Positions 19,239 to 30,796 of a stretch of DNA of 64,000 nucleotides are shown here, piece after piece (position 1 is the stretch's first letter; each line of letters starts with the position of its first letter). Source of the stretch: an uncultured Acidobacteriota bacterium (GTDB taxonomy: Bacteria > Acidobacteriota > Thermoanaerobaculia > Multivoradales > SZUA-115). The translations under genes were made by a program, and so were the position numbers. Where the stretch lies: the NCBI GenBank assembly GCA_963805975.1, contig CAWDVR010000001.1:1152001-1216000 (forward strand). Reading direction: 5' to 3'. Below the pieces are notes generated by a model. It was not told the origin of the DNA and ran no database searches. It saw only the letters and a list, made by a program, of their open reading frames with translations.

Positions 19239-20585
19239 ATGAGCGCCGCGGACACCACCGTGCGCGCCGATGCGCCGCGCTGGAGCCTCGCGCAGCGGGT
19301 GGCGTTCCGGTTCGTCTTCTCCTACGCCGCGCTCTACTTCGTTACCGCCAAGCCTTTCAACCTGATCCCAGGGAGTCACTTCCTGGTGGAGAAGTACGTG
19401 GCGTGCTGGTACGCCGCGGTGGTCTGGGTGGGCAAGAACGTCCTCCGCACCAGCTACGACATCTATCTGCTCGACAGCGGGAGTGGTATCGGCAACACCG
19501 CTTTCGGCTCGATCCTGTTCCTGTGCTACCTGGTGGCCGCCGTCGTCGCCACGGTGGTGTGGTCGATGCTCGATCGCCGGAGGCCCCACTACCAGCGGCT
19601 TCACCAGGGCCTCCGACTGGTGGTCCGCTGCTCGCTGGCTCTGACCATGATCCACTACGGCGCGCTCAAGGTGATCCCCGTCCAGATGATCTCGCCGCCC
19701 CCGCTGGGGGTGCTCACGCAGCGGGTGGGAGACCTCACCCGGATGCGCCTGCTGTGGCTCTTCATGGGCGCCTCGCCGCAGTACGAGAGCCTCACCGGCC
19801 TGGCCGAGCTGCTGGGCGGCGTGCTGCTCCTGGTTCCCCGGACGACGCTCCTAGGAGCGCTGCTCTGCGCCGGCAACCTGGCGATGGTCTTCACGCTCAA
19901 CATGTGCTTCGACGTGCAGGTCAAGCTCTATTCGCTCCACCTCTTCTTCATGTCTCTGGTGCTGATCGCCCCGGATGCTGGGCGGCTGGCCAACTTGCTG
20001 CTCTTGAACCGCCGGGCGGAGCCCGCGCCCACCCCACGGCTCTTTGCCAGGCGGTGGCTCGACCTGGCGCCGCACGTCCTGATCTTTCTGCTCGGCGCCT
20101 ACGCGATCGTGGGGGACTTCCGCGAGGCCTGGAGGCGCTACCAGGAGTTCCACCCGCCCAGGCCGCCGCTCTACGGGGTCTGGAAGGTCGAAAAGCACTC
20201 GGTGGGCGGCGAGGAGGTCCCCGAGGCGGGGGACGCGAAGCGCTGGCAATACGTGTTCTTCAGGAACCCGGGGGCAATGTCGGTCGAGCACCAGGCCGGG
20301 ACCTGGGAAGGCTACGGGCTCGATCTCGATCTCGCGGCCCGGACCATGGCCCTGCGCAAGCTCCGACGCGACGCGCAGGGGCAGTTGATACGGAAGGCGG
20401 ACGGGACGTTCGAGAGCGATGCGACCGTGCAGGGAGCGCTCTCCTTCGAGCAACCCGACCCCGACGTCCTGGTCCTGAGCGGCAGCCTGGACGGAGCGCC
20501 GGTCGAGGTGCAGACGCGCAAGATGGCGCTCCTCGCCACGGGCTTCCACTGGATCTTCGATCCGGGACGGGACAGCGAGCCGTAG
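19239..20585 (+). CDS. DoxX-like multi-pass membrane protein
   Basis: YGALKVIPVQM, LLWLFMGAS, GLAELLGGVLLL and LNMCFDVQVKLYS. Confidence 0.75.
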   Translation: MSAADTTVRADAPRWSLAQRVAFRFVFSYAALYFVTAKPFNLIPGSHFLVEKYVACWYAAVVWVGKNVLRTSYDIYLLDSGSGIGNTAFGSILFLCYLVAAVVATVVWSMLDRRRPHYQRLHQGLRLVVRCSLALTMIHYGALKVIPVQMISPPPLGVLTQRVGDLTRMRLLWLFMGASPQYESLTGLAELLGGVLLLVPRTTLLGALLCAGNLAMVFTLNMCFDVQVKLYSLHLFFMSLVLIAPDAGRLANLLLLNRRAEPAPTPRLFARRWLDLAPHVLIFLLGAYAIVGDFREAWRRYQEFHPPRPPLYGVWKVEKHSVGGEEVPEAGDAKRWQYVFFRNPGAMSVEHQAGTWEGYGLDLDLAARTMALRKLRRDAQGQLIRKADGTFESDATVQGALSFEQPDPDVLVLSGSLDGAPVEVQTRKMALLATGFHWIFDPGRDSEP

Positions 20586-20679
20586 GAGGCCGCGTTCTCG
20601 GAGGCCGAGACGCGTTGCTCCTTGGCGCGGGGCCGCCCCCTCTGGCGCGAGGCCCCGAGTTGCGACACAATCCCGCGCG

Positions 20680-20979
20680 ATGAACCCCGAAACCAGGAGT
20701 CAGGACAGGCCGCTGCACTACACGCGGATCGAGCTCGAGAGCTACCTGCCGAGCGGCTGGAACCTCGACCCCGAACGGCCGGAGGGCGCCTTCGACCCCA
20801 AGAAGCGGCTCTGGCGCACCACGGTGTACGACGGGCTCGACCTTTCCTGGCCGCTGGACGTGAAAGCGGAGGACGCCAGCCGGAGCGGTCGTCTGCCGGC
20901 CCTGGCCGCGGCGATGGATCGGGTGTTCCGCCACCGGCTGGGCAAGCCGACGCGGGGCCTGGGATTGGGTGGCGCGTGA
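20680..20979 (+). CDS. Small hypothetical protein
   Basis: 99 aa; good GC3 bias; fills the gap directly upstream of the acyl-CoA dehydrogenase. Confidence 0.65.
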   Translation: MNPETRSQDRPLHYTRIELESYLPSGWNLDPERPEGAFDPKKRLWRTTVYDGLDLSWPLDVKAEDASRSGRLPALAAAMDRVFRHRLGKPTRGLGLGGA

Positions 20980-20995
20980 GAAGGAAAGGCCGGCG

Positions 20996-22142
<1,147 letters not shown>

Positions 22143-22156
22143 GGGATGGCGCCCTC

Positions 22157-22182
22157 GTCATCCTGAGCGCAGCGAAGGATCT
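22157..22182. repeat. Short REP-like palindromic element GTCATCCTGAGCGCAGCGAAGGATCT
   Basis: Imperfect hairpin (ATCCT...AGGAT) in a 46-nt intergenic gap; resembles a widespread extragenic repeat recalled from memory; single copy in this window. Confidence 0.5.
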
Positions 22183-22188
22183 GAGCCC

Positions 22189-23364
22189 GTGACAGCCTCC
22201 GGCAGCACCTCAGGCCCAGGCCCGGACTTCGGCCTCTCCGAAGATCAGGAGCTGCTGCGCGACACGGTGCGCCGCTTCGCCGAGGAGCGTATCCGCCCCG
22301 GCACCCGCGAGCGCGACCTGAAGCACGAGCTGCCGGCCGGCATCCTCGAGGAGATGGCGGAGCTGGGGCTCCTGGGCATGATGGTGCCCGAGGAGCACGG
22401 CGGCGGCGGGGTCGACGCCTTGACCTACGCGCTGGCGATCGAGGAGGTGGCCCGGGTCTGCCCCTCGACGGCGGTCACCATGAGCGTCACCAACTCGGTG
22501 GCCTGCTGGCCGATCGCCCGCTTCGGCAGCGACTATTTGAAGCAGGGGCCGCTCACCGAGCTCGCCTCGGGCCGCACGCTCGGCGGCTTCGGCCTCACCG
22601 AGCCGACGGCAGGGAGCGATCCCGCCTCGATGCGCACCACCGCCCGCCGCGACGGAGACGCCTGGGTGCTCGACGGCGAGAAGGCGTGGATCACCAACGC
22701 CGGCGTCGCCGGCTACTACGTGGTGCTGGCGCGGACCGATCCCCAGGCCGTCAAGCGGGGCATCAGCGCGTTCGTCGTGCCGGCCGACGCCCCGGGCTTC
22801 TCAGTCGGCGCGCCGGAGGAGAAGCTGGGCCTGCGCGCCTCGATCACCCGCGCCATCTTCTTCAACGGCTGCCGCATCCCGGCCAGGAACCTGCTGGGCG
22901 AGGAGGGCCAGGGCCTGAGGATCGCCTTCGCCACGCTCTCGCACTCGCGGCTCGGCATCGCGGCGCAGGCGGTGGGCATGCACCAGCGCGCGCTGGAGCT
23001 CGCCGTGGCCTACGCCCGCGAGCGGGTGCAGTTCGGCGTTCCCATCGCCCAGCACCAGGCGATCCAGTTCAAGATCGCGAGCATCGCGACCGAGCTCGCG
23101 GCCGCCCGCGCCCTCACCTGGCGCGGCGCCGCCGAGGAGCACTCGCGGGCCGCTCCGCGCTACGCCGCGGAGGCCAAGCTCTACGCCTCCGAGGCCGCCA
23201 ACCGCGCGGTCTGGGAGTCGCTCCAGATCCACGGCGGCAACGGCTTCTCCGAGGAGTACGAGATCGCCCGCCTCTACCGCGACGTGCGGGTGACGGCGAT
23301 CTACGAAGGCTCGAGCGAGATGCAGCGGCTGGTGATCGCGCGCTCGCTGCTCGGCGGCTCCTAG
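22189..23364 (+). CDS. Acyl-CoA dehydrogenase
   Basis: FGLTEPTAGSD, KAWITN, RVQFG, QIHGGNG and IYEGSSEMQR. Confidence 0.93.
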   Translation: MTASGSTSGPGPDFGLSEDQELLRDTVRRFAEERIRPGTRERDLKHELPAGILEEMAELGLLGMMVPEEHGGGGVDALTYALAIEEVARVCPSTAVTMSVTNSVACWPIARFGSDYLKQGPLTELASGRTLGGFGLTEPTAGSDPASMRTTARRDGDAWVLDGEKAWITNAGVAGYYVVLARTDPQAVKRGISAFVVPADAPGFSVGAPEEKLGLRASITRAIFFNGCRIPARNLLGEEGQGLRIAFATLSHSRLGIAAQAVGMHQRALELAVAYARERVQFGVPIAQHQAIQFKIASIATELAAARALTWRGAAEEHSRAAPRYAAEAKLYASEAANRAVWESLQIHGGNGFSEEYEIARLYRDVRVTAIYEGSSEMQRLVIARSLLGGS

Positions 23365-23603
23365 CCGCCGAGCCTCCCGATCTCCTCGTCCAGGAAAGCG
23401 AGCGCCTGCTCGAGGGCGGTGCGCCGGAGCGCGGAGCGGGTGGTGGCGATCTCCTGCACGACGCGCCGGCGCGACAGCTCGAGGCCTTCCCGCTTGCGCC
23501 GGAGCTCGCGCTCCTCAGGGGTCAGGTCCACGCCTCGGTCCGCGCTCCGGTCCGCGCTTTCGATCTGTGACTCGACGGACTTGCTCTCCCAGCCGCGCGC
23601 CAT
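23361..23603 (-). CDS. Small coiled-coil hypothetical protein (MARGWESKSVE type)
   Basis: 80 aa; N-terminus recalled from acidobacterial hypotheticals; TAACCT 6 nt before the ATG. Confidence 0.75.
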   Translation of the reverse strand: MARGWESKSVESQIESADRSADRGVDLTPEERELRRKREGLELSRRRVVQEIATTRSALRRTALEQALAFLDEEIGRLGG

Positions 23604-23636
23604 TCCCCGAGGTTAGCACTCGTGGCCCGCGCCACC

Positions 23637-26219
23637 TCAGGGCAGGGCTTCGCGGTCGAGGTAGGAGAAGTCGCTGTCGATCGGCTTCTCGAGGCTGCGG
23701 CTCTTTTCGACGAACACCTGCAGCGAATGGTCGTCGGTGAAGGCCAGGCGCTCGCCGAGCTCCGGTGAGTAGGGGAACTGCGCCTGGCCGCGGCGCCAGG
23801 CGACTCGCGCCTTGTCCGGCTCGCCGTTCTTGGCGTAGGCGTCGCCCAGGGCCACGTGGGTGGCGAGGAAATAGGCAGGCGGCTGGCGGCGGCCTCCGGC
23901 CCGGGCGAGCTGGCGCTCCTGGAGCGCCACCGCGCTTTCGAGCGCCGCCGCGGCGTCGTCCGAGTGGCGCAGCGCGCGCGGCCAGTGCAGGTGGTTGACG
24001 CCGAGGCAGTAGTAGCCCACCCAAGAGTCCGGGTCGGCGGCCACCAGGGCGATGAACTGGTCGAGGGCGCGGCGCGCCAGCTTGCCCTTGCAGATCACGG
24101 CCGCCACGCCACCGCAGGCCGGGATCCGGTCCACGTAGGCCGAGCCGAGCTCGATCTTGAGGCTCGAGGAGTCGGGATAGCGGGCCACCATCTCTTCGAA
24201 GAAGGCGATGGCGCGGTCCTGGCGGCCGTTGGCGGCGGCGAGCGCGCGGTAGGAGCTGGCGAGGGCCCAGCCCGGCGGCCGGCCGCGGAGCTTCTGCTCG
24301 AGGCTCGTGAGCCGGCTCTCCAAGTCGGCGGGGGGCGGCGCCTTCGCCTGGACCACGGGCGCAGGCGCGGGGGCCGTGCGCCGGGAGGCTGCCGGCTCCC
24401 GCCGGGCGTAGCGGCTCGGCTGCTGGCGGATCTCGAGCCAGCGGTCCACGGCCACGTCGCGCAGCTCCTCGATGCCGCCGTCCGGCCAGCGCACGGTGAG
24501 CTTCGTGATGCGGGAATCCTTGCCGAGGCCGAAATGCAGGCGCGGATCGCTCTGACCGGCGAAGCCGTTGCCGCCGTCGCGCTCGCGCATCTGCTTGCCG
24601 CTCGCGGTCTCGATGGTGACCCGGGCACCGATGGCGTCGCGCGTGATGCCCGTCGCCGGGTCGGCCACCAGGCGCACGCCGAGCCAGTGGTGGCCCCGCG
24701 TGCCCTGGTTCTTGAAGAGCTGCGCGGGCTGGCCCTGGTTGGCGAGCAGCACGTCGAGGTCGCCGTCGTCGTCATAGTCGAGGATCACCATGCCGCGGGC
24801 GTCCCGATCGCTGGCGAGGCCCGCCTCGGTGGCCCGCTCGCTGAAGGTGGCGCCGTCCTCGTTGATCCAGAAGCGCTTCTTCTCGAAGCCGGAGAAAGAG
24901 CGGTCGCCGATCGTCGGCCAGTTCTTGGCCTCGGCCGGGTCCTGATCGAGCACCGTCCACGAGGCGAGGTCGTACCAGTAGTTGCCGGGGCCGTTGCTGA
25001 TGAAGCCGTTGGCGGCGTAGAGGTCGAGGTCGCCGTCGTTGTCGGCGTCGAAGAACTTCGCTCCCCACCCCCAGCCGCCGTCGGCGGTGCCGGTCTCGGC
25101 CGCCACGTCGCTGAAGGAAACGTGGCCGGCGCCGTCCACGCCGAGGTTGAGCCACAGCATGTTGCCTTCCCACAGGTACTCGCGGGTGGTGATGTTGGTG
25201 ACGTAGATGTCCAGCCAGCCGTCGTTGTTGAAGTCACCGAAGTCGGCGTTCATGCCCTTCTTGGTGTCGACGCCCAGCGCCTCGGCGCTGGTGTTGGCAA
25301 AGGTGCCGTCGCGGCGGTTGATGAACAGCTGGTCGGTGCCGAAGTCGTTGGCGGAGTAGAGGTCGGGCCAGCCGTCGTTGTCGAGGTCCCCCGCCGCCAC
25401 CGCCAGGGTCCAGCCGCTGTCGTCCACCCCCGCCTGCTTGGCCACCTCGACGAAGCGGCCGTCCGGCTGCTGGTGGAAGAGCTGGTTGCGACCGCCGTTC
25501 CTGGCGGTCTCGAAGCTGTCGTGCATGACACGGGTGGTGTTCAAGTGCCAGAGATCGAAGTCGGCGAAGTAGTTGGCCACGTAGAGGTCGAGGCGGCCGT
25601 CGAGGTCGTAGTCGAAGAAGACCGCGCCGTTGCCGTTCTTCCAGTCCGTGCCGGGGGTGCCGTCCGCGCGCCGGAAGAGCCGGGCGGTCACGTCCTCGAA
25701 GGTGCCGTTGCCGCGGTTGCGGAACAGTATGTTCCGCCCCCAGCGGACCACGAAGAGGTCGCTCCAACCGTCGTTGTCCACGTCTCCCCACACCGCGTGC
25801 ATGCCCACGCCCTGGTCATTGTTCCAGGCTGCGACGCCCGCCTGGCGCCCCACCTCCTGGAAGGTGCCGTTACCGAGGTTCCGGTAGAGGAAGTTGGGCG
25901 CACCCTTGGCCGAGTTGGTGAGGAAGAAGTCGACCTTGCCGTCGCGGTCGTAGTCCGCGGCGGCGGCGGCGGCACCGACGCTCGTCACCCAGGACATGAC
26001 GTTGTCGAGCTTGCGGTCGAGAACCGGCTTCTGGTGGCGGTGCTGGATGCCGGCAGCGGCGGCGACCTCCTGGAAGCGCGGCACGCCCTGGGCGCTGCGC
26101 CCAGGTTGGGCCCACAGCAGCATCCCGCCGCCCGGGGCGGCGGTGAACAGGAGAATGAGCATCCCGAAGGCCTGTCGCCGAGTGCGACGAAGTGCTTCCA
26201 GCTCGCGAGGCACAGGCAT
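23637..26219 (-). CDS. CRTAC1/ASPIC-UnbV family FG-GAP propeller protein with C-terminal TPR-like domain
   Basis: Repeated DxDxDGxxD motifs, GWGWGAKFFDADNDGDLD, AIGARV...GFAGQSD..LHFGLG..VRWPDG; helical C-terminus with LGDAYAKNG; start uncertain. Confidence 0.88.
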   Translation of the reverse strand: MPVPRELEALRRTRRQAFGMLILLFTAAPGGGMLLWAQPGRSAQGVPRFQEVAAAAGIQHRHQKPVLDRKLDNVMSWVTSVGAAAAAADYDRDGKVDFFLTNSAKGAPNFLYRNLGNGTFQEVGRQAGVAAWNNDQGVGMHAVWGDVDNDGWSDLFVVRWGRNILFRNRGNGTFEDVTARLFRRADGTPGTDWKNGNGAVFFDYDLDGRLDLYVANYFADFDLWHLNTTRVMHDSFETARNGGRNQLFHQQPDGRFVEVAKQAGVDDSGWTLAVAAGDLDNDGWPDLYSANDFGTDQLFINRRDGTFANTSAEALGVDTKKGMNADFGDFNNDGWLDIYVTNITTREYLWEGNMLWLNLGVDGAGHVSFSDVAAETGTADGGWGWGAKFFDADNDGDLDLYAANGFISNGPGNYWYDLASWTVLDQDPAEAKNWPTIGDRSFSGFEKKRFWINEDGATFSERATEAGLASDRDARGMVILDYDDDGDLDVLLANQGQPAQLFKNQGTRGHHWLGVRLVADPATGITRDAIGARVTIETASGKQMRERDGGNGFAGQSDPRLHFGLGKDSRITKLTVRWPDGGIEELRDVAVDRWLEIRQQPSRYARREPAASRRTAPAPAPVVQAKAPPPADLESRLTSLEQKLRGRPPGWALASSYRALAAANGRQDRAIAFFEEMVARYPDSSSLKIELGSAYVDRIPACGGVAAVICKGKLARRALDQFIALVAADPDSWVGYYCLGVNHLHWPRALRHSDDAAAALESAVALQERQLARAGGRRQPPAYFLATHVALGDAYAKNGEPDKARVAWRRGQAQFPYSPELGERLAFTDDHSLQVFVEKSRSLEKPIDSDFSYLDREALP

Positions 26220-26278
26220 CAGTCGGACCCCCCTCAGCTCTTCGAGTGCCGCCCCCGGCCCGCGCCGGGACAGCGCTG

Positions 26279-27190
26279 CTACCGCCGCAGCCGAATCCAA
26301 GCGGCCGCGACCAGCGCTGCGGCCAGCGCCGCCAGGCCCCAGCCACCCAGGGCCGGCACTTCGGTGGCCCCGAGGCCGCTCGCAACCCCCTCGATCACGA
26401 ACGGCAGCCCCTGTGGCGCCTCGCTGCCGCTGTCGCCGATCTCGTCGTAGGTGACGCCGTTGTCGTTGGACTGCAAGGCATCGCCGGTCTCCGTCTGGCC
26501 GTTCAAAGTGATGGGCGGGTTCCAGGGCCCGTTCAGGAGCGTGGCATCGGCCTGCCAGTCGAGCCAGTAGGTGCCCGGCAGCAGCAGGAAGCCACCGCTC
26601 GCCGTGAGCGCCATCACCGGCCGGTCGGTCACCAGGCCGGACTCGTTCTCGCGCACCCGGTAGATGCCGCTCCAGGCCGAGGAGAGCAGGCGGTTGGTGG
26701 CCGTGTCGCCGAACACCACGGCGGTGGTCTCCGCGCCGGGCTGGCCGTCGAGCACCCGATAGTTGAGCTGGGTGAAGGTGGAGGCAGTCGTCGAGCCGAC
26801 CTGATAGCCGAAGAAAGTGAGGCGCTCGACCTGCCAGTACTCGCCTTCGGGCACGGTGAACTGATCGGCGAGCCGGGCCCCGAAGCGGAGCTGGTTGCCG
26901 AAACCCAGAGTGGTCATCTGCAGATCGGTGAACTGGAGGCGGCTCTCGTCGGCCCCGCCCACGCCGGTGCCCGGGCTGTTGACCAGCGGGCCGTTGTCGT
27001 GAAGCGGAGAGACCGCGCCGCGCCAGACGACTTCACCGGGCGCCTGGGTGGACGGCGAGCCCGGGTTGCGGATGCCATCGTCGCGCAGCCGGCCGGTGAG
27101 CGCCTCCCCAGGCGTCCCGAAAGCCGTGACAGAGAAGCCGCCCGTCGGGAAGAGGGCGAGAGCGAGGAGAATGGCGGCGCGGGGAGGCAT
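26279..27190 (-). CDS. Secreted protein with IPTL-CTERM-like sorting signal
   Basis: Signal peptide; C-terminus EVPALGGWGLAALAAALVAAAWIRLRR. Confidence 0.78.
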   Translation of the reverse strand: MPPRAAILLALALFPTGGFSVTAFGTPGEALTGRLRDDGIRNPGSPSTQAPGEVVWRGAVSPLHDNGPLVNSPGTGVGGADESRLQFTDLQMTTLGFGNQLRFGARLADQFTVPEGEYWQVERLTFFGYQVGSTTASTFTQLNYRVLDGQPGAETTAVVFGDTATNRLLSSAWSGIYRVRENESGLVTDRPVMALTASGGFLLLPGTYWLDWQADATLLNGPWNPPITLNGQTETGDALQSNDNGVTYDEIGDSGSEAPQGLPFVIEGVASGLGATEVPALGGWGLAALAAALVAAAWIRLRR

Positions 27191-27335
27191 CTCGATCGGC
27201 TGGCAGGGCCTGGCGGAACCGGGCCTTCGGCTATACTCGAAAGCGTAGCATGTCCAAGCTCTTAGGTCGGTCGCGAGCCTCCGTGTCCACCCCCGCGCGC
27301 CCGGTCCGCATTTTGGGGGCGAGGAGGATTGCGCC

Positions 27336-29108
<1,773 letters not shown>

Positions 29109-29182
29109 GATCCCTGCCCGCGGATGGCCAGCTCCGCGGGCCCGACCCTTTGCTAGAATCCCTGGTTTCGAGCCCTTCACTC

Positions 29183-29587
29183 ATGAGTGACGCCCAGAAG
29201 CACCGCATCCTGATCGCCAAGCCGGGGCTGGACGGCCACGACCGCGGCGCCAAGGTGGTGGCCCGGGCCCTGCGCGACGCGGGCTTCGAGGTCATCTACA
29301 CCGGTCTGCGGCAGACGCCGGAGCAGATCGCGGCGGCGGCCGTGCAGGAGGACGTCGACGCCGTGGGGCTGTCGATCCTCTCCGGCGCCCACAACGTGCT
29401 GCTGCCCGAGATCACCCGCCTGCTGCGGGCGGAGGAGGCCGGGGACATCCTGGTCTTCGCCGGCGGCATCATTCCCGAGCAGGACATCTCGCCGCTCAAA
29501 GAGGCCGGGATCGACGCCATCTTCCTGCCCGGCACCACCACCACGACCATTGTCGAGTACCTCCGCCACCGGCTGGCGGCCGCCTGA
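29183..29587 (+). CDS. icmB: Cobalamin-binding mutase small subunit
   Basis: [12 protein letters not shown] (DxHxxG), SILSGAH and GGIIP. Confidence 0.88.
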   Translation: MSDAQKHRILIAKPGLDGHDRGAKVVARALRDAGFEVIYTGLRQTPEQIAAAAVQEDVDAVGLSILSGAHNVLLPEITRLLRAEEAGDILVFAGGIIPEQDISPLKEAGIDAIFLPGTTTTTIVEYLRHRLAAA

Positions 29588-29605
29588 GGCCCTAGAATCG
29601 GAGAA

Positions 29606-30658
29606 ATGATGAGCCGCCGCATCCTGCTTGCCGACGACAGCGTCACCATTCAAAAGGTCATCGAGCTCACGTTCGCGGAGCAGGACTACGAGATCGTCTC
29701 GGTCTCCGACGGCACCTCGGCGATCACCGCCCTCACCGAGTCCCGTCCGGACCTGGTGGTGGCGGACGTCCACATGCCGGGCGCTTCCGGCTTCGAGGTG
29801 TGCCGCCTGGCCAAGGAGCTGCACCCCGGCTTGCCGGTGGTGCTGATGGTCGGCACCTTCGAGCCTTTCGAGGAAGCGGACGCCAGCGCCGCCGGGGCCG
29901 ACACCTTCCTGAAGAAACCCTTCGACTCCCAGGAGCTCGTGCGCGTGGTCGGCGACCTGATCTCCAGGAACGCCTCCGGGGCTGCCGCGGCGCCGGCCTG
30001 GGAGGAGGCCTGGCCGGCCGCCGAGCCGGCACCCACGGCGTGGAGCGCTCCGCCGGCGGTCGAGGACTTGCCACCGGCCATGGCTTTCACCGCCGAGGCG
30101 GAAGAAGAGGTGGACCTCGAGAGCTGGGACAAGCTCGAGATCGCGGCCGCCGAGGGCGACGATGACGACGCCGGCGAGCCGGTGTGGGGCAATTTCGATG
30201 CTTCGCTGGACGCCGTCTCGCTCGAAGACGAGCCGCTCGAGGACCTGCCGGCGGCCGAGCCGTCGAGCGCCTATTCTGCGCCGGCAGCTTCCGCCGCTCA
30301 GACCACGGAGCCCTTCGCCATCGGCTTGGGGGACAGCTTCTTCTCCGCCGAGCTCGAGACGACCTTCGAGGCGCCCTCTGCGCCTCCCGCGGGCGATCTT
30401 TTCGAGGTTCCCGCCGCCCGGCTGGCCAGCCACTCTTCGACCCCCGCGGTGGCCGTCGCCCCGCCGGTGGCGCCGGCCGCCTCGCTCAATGGTCTGTCGG
30501 ACGAGGACGTGGACCGCGTGGCGCGCCGGATGGTGGAGCTGCTCTCCGACAAGGTGGTGCGGGACATCGCCTGGGAAGTCATCCCCGACGTCGCCGAGCT
30601 GGTCATCAAGGACCGCATCCGCGAGCTCGAGGCCCAGGTCGACGGCGCCGAGCCGTAG
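29606..30658 (+). CDS. romR: RomR-like response regulator (receiver, acidic/Pro-rich linker, conserved helical C-terminus)
   Basis: LLADDSVTIQKVI, ADVHMPG, GTFEPF and KPFDSQ receiver; C-terminal IAWEVIPDVAELVIKDRI; lies directly upstream of valS. Confidence 0.75.
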   Translation: MMSRRILLADDSVTIQKVIELTFAEQDYEIVSVSDGTSAITALTESRPDLVVADVHMPGASGFEVCRLAKELHPGLPVVLMVGTFEPFEEADASAAGADTFLKKPFDSQELVRVVGDLISRNASGAAAAPAWEEAWPAAEPAPTAWSAPPAVEDLPPAMAFTAEAEEEVDLESWDKLEIAAAEGDDDDAGEPVWGNFDASLDAVSLEDEPLEDLPAAEPSSAYSAPAASAAQTTEPFAIGLGDSFFSAELETTFEAPSAPPAGDLFEVPAARLASHSSTPAVAVAPPVAPAASLNGLSDEDVDRVARRMVELLSDKVVRDIAWEVIPDVAELVIKDRIRELEAQVDGAEP

Positions 30659-30796
30659 ACGCCGCGGCCCCACCGGCTCGGGCCTGGCTGTCGGGCGCCG
30701 GGCCGGGCCGGCCCTTCGTCCTGTTTTCCAATCCTTTGCGCAGGCCGGCGTGGGAGCTCGCTCCCCGCGGCCGCCGGTCTTCCGAGAGGTGGGTAC

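Noticed and set aside
27191-27335. Cobalamin riboswitch upstream of the B12 mutase
   Set aside because: The spacer is short and shows no B12-box or conserved core
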